NCBI GenBank assembly: GCA_002269645.1
Contig: NIVC01001782.1
Location: 1 to 54,547 of the forward strand
Direction: 5' to 3'
DNA: 54,547 bases
Source of the DNA: Macrostomum lignano
Taxonomy: Eukaryota
The translations under genes were made by a program, and so were the position numbers. Shown here piece after piece: positions 46,491-54,547 of this stretch. The notes under the pieces are model-generated. The model worked only from the letters and a program-made list of their open reading frames with translations, ran no database searches and had not been told where the DNA came from. Within the stretch, counting starts at the first letter, position 1; each line of letters begins with the position of its first letter.

Positions 46491-48302
46491 TTATCCAGCT
46501 AGCTACTAGCTGCAAGCCAGCTTAGTGACTGAGTATGGTATGGTACGAAAGCCCAGTTCTTCCAACAGAAATGACCTCATTGAGAATTAAAGTGTTTAAA
46601 CAGTTTCAAAAAGATGTTCTGAAGGCGCAGTCAGGCTAGGTAGAAAAAGGTGTAGAACGGTAACAAATGGACTTGAAAGAGCAGAATGCATTTATGCAAA
46701 GCATCTTTTTATCTTGCGTTTTTCAACCTTTTCTCTTTGACTCGCTTTTCACGGACAATGTACAATACACCCTTGTAGAGTTTGGCTTTTGGCACGTTTT
46801 AAGAATGTTTAAAAATGCATGTAAAGTAGCCGACACAGTTTATAGCTCTCTGTCTGTAAATATTGGCTGCTATTTTTCTTCAGTTTTGGATTCATTTTCC
46901 CAATATGAATGCATAACCTATGCATATGAAACGCTGTGTATTTTTCGCACCATCCATTCTATACTCATAAGTTAAGGGAACTGGTATATGGTCGAAAGGT
47001 GGAATTGCTGAACTCTTATTGAACTTTTATTACATGTACATACTCTCGTACATGCAGCTACAACTTTATTAAAGGCCGGCCTACGTGTAACTTCCTGATT
47101 TTGTGCAGCTCTATAATTTATATTGGTTTGCATGATTGGAAATCACAATTCATCTGTTTCGTTCCGGTCGCGGCAAAGTTAATTCAGGGCACTCGCAAGG
47201 CACAGAGATCGTGCAGTATAATATGTATACTCATGCCTTATCAGAAACACCATTTAGAAAGTTAAGGCCACGTACTGTATGTACATGGTATGTACACCCC
47301 TGTGTGAGTGCATGTGCACTTACGAGTGCGTGCCTGCGTACAGTAGCGCCATTCTGTGAATATTTATAAATGACAATTCATGATGGTGCATTATGTACCC
47401 TATAAAAGTACCTCATTGTGATTTGAAAGATTCAGAATCTACTGCTATTGATCAGGAGAGTTATGTTGGCCCCGTGATTGGTGATTCGATCTATCGGCTT
47501 TTTACACATGGATTTCTTATAATCTTTACATGCTCTATCAATTACATATAGTAATTGATGCACAAATTACCAGTAACATTGCGTTTTTGGTCTTTGGAAC
47601 GTTCCTTGCGAATGCCTGTACAGAAAAATAAACATGTAATCGCAGATACTATAGGTGGGATTTTACATGGCGTGAACAAATCTTCTTTGTGAGTGCTTCG
47701 GCGGCCTGTTAAGAGAATCAAAGAGCTGCAGGTCTCAGAAAAGCAGGCCGCTTTTACTACACAAAAAAGTAAAATTTACGTATGTTTTAAAACGTACCAA
47801 ATATGACCTCGCGATCCTAGGTTCAAAAGGGTGGTATAGTGTTTTCTAGCGTTAGATTGTAAAGTTTTGCTTTTTGACGCTACATTTAAATTTAAGTACA
47901 CATTGGAATCAAGGACGACTACAGTAAGCGAACCCTATAACTTGAGTCCGTCGTCTTAGCTTGGAATTAATAACGATGTGCAAGATTTTCTTTAAAATAT
48001 TCTGTGTATTGGATTTGTTTATTTATTCATTGCCAGTTCATTTTTATATTTACTTAGCTAAATTGTAGCCTAGTCTTGTTTTCATTGCTTTAATATCGGA
48101 AGCATTTGTTTTAATAAGAAGTTACTTATTGAAATAATTTAAACGTTAAATGGTTTTGTAGAAACAACTTGAAAAGAGTGAGTGCTAGTTTTTATAACAG
48201 TGACAGTCTGCACTTAAACGTTATTTAAAGTTATTTCCTTGACAAAAGGTCAAATAATAATTTCATTGTGTATTTACTTATAAAAGTCTCAGTCCTCGCA
48301 AA

Positions 48303-48350
48303 ATGGATTCCTACGATGTGATTGCTAATCAGCCCATTGTGATTGATAAT
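48303..48350 (+). CDS. ACTR1: Arp1 exon 1
   Basis: [16 protein letters not shown]|GTAAGT. Confidence 0.93.
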
Positions 48351-51300
48351 GTAAGTACGCCTGTATTCATAATCTAAAAGCTTAGACATAGTATCTCTAT
48401 CTAAATGCTGTTTAGATTACAATCTACTCTGCTCTGATGTTTTTTGTCTTTAGTTTTTCTATATTTATCTATATATTTTATTCAAGTGTAGTCCTGCATG
48501 TCTATATGGCTATAACTGCATCCATGGCAGAACAGTCATCAGATTAAAACTAGGGCAGTTTAGTGATAACCTTTACCCCTCCTTAGGGCTAGCGCCACTA
48601 AATTTAAATTCCATTGTAGTAAGGCTAATACCAATTAAGGACATTTTACTAGAAAAAAGGAAACAAAAAATTTTAATAATATTATTAAAATCATTGCCTA
48701 GTCTACTGTAGACTAGAGTCCAAATTTCTCAAGCATCTATATGCCATCTAATTCTAAATAAAATGCCTGCTGTTAAAACTAGACTACAAAAATGCTAGTC
48801 ATAATTAATATAGTCGTATAGATTATAGCCCTTTGTCTCTTCTTTTTTATTTGCTTTTCCTTTATGATTTTGTTAAAAAATAAAGAATCTAATTTGTTAT
48901 CAAAATATTATCCAAGGCAAAGCAAAGAAAATTATAAAAGTATCTATAAAAGTTTTATATTTTACAATTGACCCTTGCTTTGCCACAATATATATTAGCT
49001 AAATAAGCTAGGTTGGCTAGTATTTGAGTATATTTAGATTTATTATTAGCTAGATTGCTTAGATACTATATATTTATATACTATATATAAATGTAGTATA
49101 TTATATATTAATATACTATATATTAGTATATATATACTAAGGTCCCCAATAAAGTTCAACTTTGTCTTGATTAGTTATTTTTAATTTTAAGTAGTATTCC
49201 AATTTAATTAATAATTTATATTCAAAATTATTAGTAAACAAACATTATATAATAATTTAAACTAAGCTATTACTTGCTTTTAACTTTTTGACATTTTGCT
49301 TTGTTTATTGCTATTAATAGAATAGTACTGCTTATTATTACTAGTGTATACTATAGTCTAAGAGATTGTAAATGCCAATTGGAAATTGAACAAACTAAAT
49401 CCTTAATTGCTAAGTCAATAGACTCCTAGACCTTCAGTTGCTTGGCTAGCAGGCACCCAGCTCCTTAGATGCTAGGCTTGCCTTAGAGATCCTCAGTTGC
49501 TAGGCTAGCCTTCCAGATCCTAAATTGCTAGGCTAGCCTCCTAGATTGTCAGTTGCTAGGCTAGCTTCCCAGATCCTTAGTTGCTTGGCCAGCCTCCCAG
49601 ATCCTCAGTTGCTGGGCCAGCCTCCCAGAGTGTCAGTTGCTGGGCCAGCCTCCCAGATCCTCAGTTCCTGGGCCAGCCTCTCAGATCTTCAGTTGCTGGG
49701 CCAGCCTCTCAGATCCTCAGTTGCTGGGCCACCCTCTCAGATCCTCAGTTGCTGGGCCAGCCTCTCAGATCCTCAGTTGCTGGGCCACCCTCTCAGATCC
49801 TCAGTTGCTGAGCCAGCCTCTCAGATCCTCAGTTGCTGGGCCATCCTCCCAGATTCTTATTTGCTAGACCAGCCTCCCAGATCCTCAGTTGCTGGGCCAG
49901 CCTCTCAGATCCTCAGTTGCTGGGCCAGCCTTTCAGATCCTCAGTTGCTGGGCCAGCCTCTCAGATCCTCAGTTTCTGGGCCAGCCTCTCAGATCCTCAG
50001 TTGCTGGGCCAGCCTCCCAGATCCTCAGTTGCTGGGCCAGCATCTATCACTATATTTATGGATAATCTCACTATATCACACTGCACAGGGCAGCGGCGTT
50101 ATCAAAGCAGGCTTTGCCGGCGACCAGGTGCCAAAGTACATATTCTCCAACTTCATCGGCCGACCAAAGCACGTCAGAGTGATGGCTGGCGGCCTCGAAG
50201 GCGACGTGTTCATCGGGCCCAAAGCCGAAGAGCATCGAGGCCTGCTGTCCATTCGCTACCCAATGGAGCACGGCATTGTGCGCAGCTGGGACGATATGGA
50301 GAAGATCTGGCAGTACATCTACAGCAAGGACCAATTAAACACCTACTCCGAGGAGCATCCCGTGCTGCTTACTGAAGCGCCATTGAATCCTAGAAAGTAA
50401 GTTTAGCTTCATTTGTGGTTTTTTGTGTTTTTAAAGAAACTACCAATACTGAAGAATATCAAAAGCATTTCCATTAATATTCTTTTAAAGAATCCCTTAT
50501 GAAGTTATCCCAATGGTCACTAAAACTGTTACTCTATCGCTAAGATAGTGTCCCTAAGATTATGTCTAAAATTCGAATTCGTTAGTAATATCCTTCTAAA
50601 GAAACTAAGTTCATCTCCCTCAAGATTATTTCATAAGAATCACCCCTAAGATAATACTAAGAATTCCCCTAACATCATTTAAAGAATCTCTTCCTAAGAT
50701 TATCCCAAGAATCTCCTAAGATTAGCCCCCCCCCTTAGATTATCCTAATAATCTCCGCAAGATTATCCCGAAAATCTCCCTACTAAGATTATCCCCAGAA
50801 TCTCCCTTACTATTATCCTAGGAATCTCCCTGCGATTATCCCAGGAAGCTCCCTTAAGATTATCCTAAGAATCTCCCCTAATTTTATCCTATGAGTCGCC
50901 CCTAGGATTATCCAAAGAATCTCCCCTAAGTTTATCCTAAGAATCGCCCCTATGACTATCCCAAGAATCTCCCCTAAGAGTATCCTAAGAATCTCCCCTA
51001 AGTTTATCCTAAGAATCGCCCCTAGGATTATCCCAAGAATCTCCCCTAAGAGTATCCTAAGAATCGCCCCTAGGATTATCCCAAGAATCTCCCCTAAGTT
51101 TATCCTAAGAATCGCCCCTAGGATTATCCCAAGAATCTCCCCTAAGAGTATCCTAAGAATCTCCCCTAAGTTTATCCTAAGAATCGCCCCTAGGATTATC
51201 CCAAGAATCTCCCCTAAGTTTATCCTAAGAATCGCCCCTAGGATTATCCCAAGAATCTCCCCTAAGTTTATCCTAAGAATCGCCCCTAGGATTATCCCAA

Positions 51301-54300
51301 GAATCTCCCCTAAGAGTATCCTAAGAATCGCCCCTAGGATTATCCCAAGAATCTCCCCTAAGTTTATCCTAAGAATCGCCCCTAGGATTATCCCAAGAAT
51401 CTCCCCTAAGAGTATCCTAAGAATCGCCCATAGGATTATCCCAAGAATTTCTCCTAATATTATCCAAAAATCCTCCCTAGGATTATCCCCAGTTTCTCCC
51501 CTTAAGATTATCCCAAGAATCGCACCTAGACTTAAGACAATCAATTATGTTGTATCTTTACTTCTTTAGTATAACAGGCGACATCTTTGTCGCACTTTAC
51601 CCAGTTTAAGTTTAGACTTTTATTAAAAAAAGCATGCATAATATTTTTGTTATAATCAGTGTACGAATGCAGTCGTTGGTATGAATATTCGCTATTTGTT
51701 TTGAGGAATAAGGGTTGGATAGGATTTGGGGGGGTCAGGCAGTCAGGTACAGATTTTCGTCCCTCATGTGTGTCGTGCGTCTGCCTTCTCGCTAAACTTC
51801 CCATGTCTAATTTTAGCAACTTGTCTATATATCTATGCATTCTCATATTAAACTTTGGCTAGGCTCTAGCCTGGCAAGTTGGAGCTGGCCCTGTTCTCCG
51901 ACCACTGGCTTCCTTTTGCTTCCGCGGTCTGTCTTTTGCTCAGGCGATTCCGAAGTCCTTTTCCCCATTCCATTCCTTTCCAAATCTCTGGCCGCTTTAA
52001 GCTAGAGGGGTGAAGGGAGTGAAGCGAAGGGACTAAATATGAAGTGATTTATTGATCAGTGGGCAAATATTACTTAAAATGTATAATGTGTGTTCTTTTT
52101 AATGTTATAATTGTGTGTCATACCTGCCTGAGGGCCATTCTTTAGGAGTTTGAGCGTGATTCTTTGGGAGGGTTTGAGGGCGATTCTTTGGGAGGGGTCT
52201 AAGGGCGATTCTTTGGGAGGGTTTGAGGGCGATTCTTTGGGAGGGTCTGAGGGCGATTCTTTTGGAGAGGGATTGAGGGCGATTCTTTGGGAGGGTTTGA
52301 GGGCGATTCTCTGGGAGGGTCTGAGGGCGATTCTTTGGGGGGGGGGGGTGAGGGCGATTCTCTGGGAGGGTCTGAGGGCGATTCTTGGGGGGGGGGTGAG
52401 GGCGATTCTCTGGGAGGGGTCTGAGGGCGATTCTTTGGGAGGGTCTGAGGGCGATTCTTTGGGGGGGGTGAGGGCGATTCTCTGGGAGGGTCTGAGGGCG
52501 ATTCTTTGGGGGGGGCGATTCTCTGGGAGGGTCTGAGGGCGATTCTTTGGGAGGGTCTGAGGGCGATTCTTTTGGAGAGGGATTGAGGGCGATTCTTTGG
52601 GAGGGTCTGAGGGCGATTCTTTGGGAGGGTCTGAGGGCGATTCTTTGGGAGGGGTCTGAGGGCGATTCTTTTGGAGAGGGATTGAGGGCGATTCTTTGGG
52701 AGGGTCTGAGGGCGATTCCCGGGAACTGCTTTCAAGGCTCAATTATGAGTAAGGCATTCTCAGAGCCACAGTTATTGAACGTACAAACAGAAGATTGTAC
52801 GTGCTAGATTCGTCCTTTCCACACTAACCAGCTAACTACTAACAAGTAGTATTCCTAGTATTCTAAAAGTGCCAGTGAGTCGCCGCAGCCTAACTATACA
52901 ACAAAAAAATCCAACCAGAAATCGCGAGAAAACGGCCGAGATTTTTTTCGAAACCCTCGGCGTCCCGGGCCTGTTCATGTCTATGCAGGCGGTGCTGTCC
53001 CTGTACGCCACCGGCCGCACCACCGGGGTGGTGCTGGACTCCGGCGACGGCGTCACCCACGCTGTGCCGATCTACGAGGGCTTCGCCCTGCAGCACGCGG
53101 TCATGCGGACCGACATTGCCGGCCGCGATGTCACTCGCTATCTGCAGCTGCTGCTGCGCAAGGAGGGAGCCTGTTTTCACACCTCCGCTGAGCTGGAAAT
53201 TGTACGCCAAGTCAAGGAGCGAGCCTGCTACGTATCGGCTAATCCTGTCACGGAGGAGAAACTTGATCCGGAACGGGTCACCTACTCCCTGCCCGATGGG
53301 TCTCAACTGGAGGTCAATGCGGCCGCATTCCGCGCTCCCGAGCTGCTGTTTAGGCCTGAACTTGTCGGCGAAGAATGGGAAGGCATACACGAGGTGCTGG
53401 CCTATTCTATTCAGCGATCCGATATGGATTTGAGACGCCTGCTGTACGCCAATATTGTTGTGTCGGGCGGCTCCACGCTGTTTAGAGGTGAGTCCTGCTG
53501 GCGAATCCCTGCCGCCAATGTACACCAAGTCTCCGAACCCCACCCCAATGTACTTTCATTCCTAGCGAACCCTGCTTTAATGTACACAGCCTCACTCCCC
53601 CTAGTGTGCACCACAGATACTAAAAATAGCTAGAATCTGTGGTGTACATCCAATCCTCACTAACCTGACTCCCCTCAATTTACACCCAATCTTCGACAAC
53701 CTCACTCCCCTCAATGTACACCCAATCCCATCAACCTCGCTCCCCTCAATGTACACCCAATCCTCATCAACCTCACTCCCCTCAATGTACACCAAATCCT
53801 AATCAACCTCACTCCCCTCAATGTACACCAAATCCTAATCAACCTCACTCCCTCAATGTACACCCAATCGTCGACAACCTCACTCCCCTCAATTACACCT
53901 AATCCCATCAACCTCACTCCCCTCAATGTACACCAATATCCATCAACCTCACTCCCTCAATGTACACCAAATCCTAATCAACCTCACTCCCCTTAATGTA
54001 CACCAAATCCTAATCAACCTCACTCCCCTTAATGTACACCAAATCCTAATCAACCTCACTCCCCGCAATGTACACCCAATCCTCATCAACCTCACTCCCC
54101 TCAATGTACACCCAATCCCCGACAACCCACTCGAATGAATAAAATAGGGATTCTACTAATAAATCCTACATAAGACCCACCCAAATTACTGCAGGATTCG
54201 GCGACAGGCTTCTGGCGGAGCTGAAGCGCCTGGTGCCAAGGACAATCGGTTGAAAAATTTCTGCACCACAGGAGCGCCTCTACTCCACTTGGATTGGCGG

Positions 54301-54400
54301 CTCCATTCTGGCAGCGCTGGACACTTCCGGCGAATGTGGTCAGCAAGAAAGAGTACGACGAGGAGAGGGCGCCCGGGCAATTCACAGGAAAACCTTCTGA
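48303..54400 (+). CDS. ACTR1: Actin-related protein 1 (centractin, dynactin filament subunit); exons 48303-48350, 50089-50396, 52919-53487, 54195-54400
   Basis: [16 protein letters not shown]|[16 protein letters not shown]...[15 protein letters not shown]|NREK...SGGSTLFRG|FGDRLL...IHRKTF, near-identical to centractin. The last exon has several small indels. Confidence 0.95.
49430..50040 (+). repeat. 28-bp minisatellite, same family as 13238-13890
   Basis: CAGTTGCTGGGCCAGCCTC(C/T)CAGATCCT units, degenerating toward the 5' side; Arp1 intron 1. Confidence 0.95.
50089..50396 (+). CDS. ACTR1: Arp1 exon 2
   Basis: GCACAG|[11 protein letters not shown]...LNPR(AA)|GTAAGT. Confidence 0.95.
50600..51530 (+). 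repeat. Composite TTATCCCAAGAATCTCCCCTAAG / TATCCTAAGAATCGCCCCTAGGA repeat
   Basis: Direct reading; Arp1 intron 2. Confidence 0.92.
52150..52716 (+). repeat. About 24-bp minisatellite (GAGGGCGATTCTTTGGGAGGGTCT)n
   Basis: Direct reading; Arp1 intron 2. Confidence 0.93.
52919..53487 (+). CDS. ACTR1: Arp1 exon 3
   Basis: AACCAG|(A)[12 protein letters not shown]...TLFR G|GTGAGT. Confidence 0.95.
53640..54130 (+). repeat. About 36-bp minisatellite (CCTCACTCCCCTCAATGTACACCCAATCCTCATCAA)n
   Basis: Direct reading; Arp1 intron 3. Confidence 0.92.
54195..54400 (+). CDS. ACTR1: Arp1 exon 4 (contains about 5 small indels)
   Basis: CTGCAG|[14 protein letters not shown]...[23 protein letters not shown]...SKKEYDE...[12 protein letters not shown] is recovered only by switching frames. 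Confidence 0.85.
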
Positions 54401-54547
54401 TTTCGAGAGTGAACCCTTTGACTAATTTGACCATTGTAAGAGCCTTGCATATTTATACATTTATACATATGTTCTTTATATTTATCGACAAGAAATGGTG
54501 ATGCCTACTCATAGTACGCGCGTTTGTCTTCGCGTTGTTACAAAAAT

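Overview
Eukaryotic (animal) genomic DNA, not prokaryotic. Roughly 55-60% of the window (hand estimate, about 31 kb) is tandem repeat: about 35 arrays with units of 4-49 bp. I reconstructed four spliced genes by hand from GT-AG junctions and reading-frame phase. (1) The 3' part of a PGAP1-like GPI inositol-deacylase (+, about 5215-10894, 4 exons). (2) A complete 9-exon nicotinic acetylcholine receptor alpha subunit (-, 37499-17300, about 752 aa). (3) A 3-exon tandem-C2 synaptotagmin-like protein with no visible transmembrane segment (-, 44981-42523). (4) Arp1/centractin (+, 48303-54400, 4 exons). A 1447-bp deleted hAT DNA transposon with an 8-bp TSD and 13-bp TIRs sits inside a minisatellite just downstream of the PGAP1-like stop. 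The main structural observation is that 16 of 17 introns carry tandem arrays, often filling the intron to within 0-50 nt of the splice sites. Several array families recur at distant loci. The style resembles the flatworm Macrostomum, but that is inference only. Single-base indels near both window ends look like long-read consensus errors. Almost all long ORFs in the supplied track are repeat artefacts.
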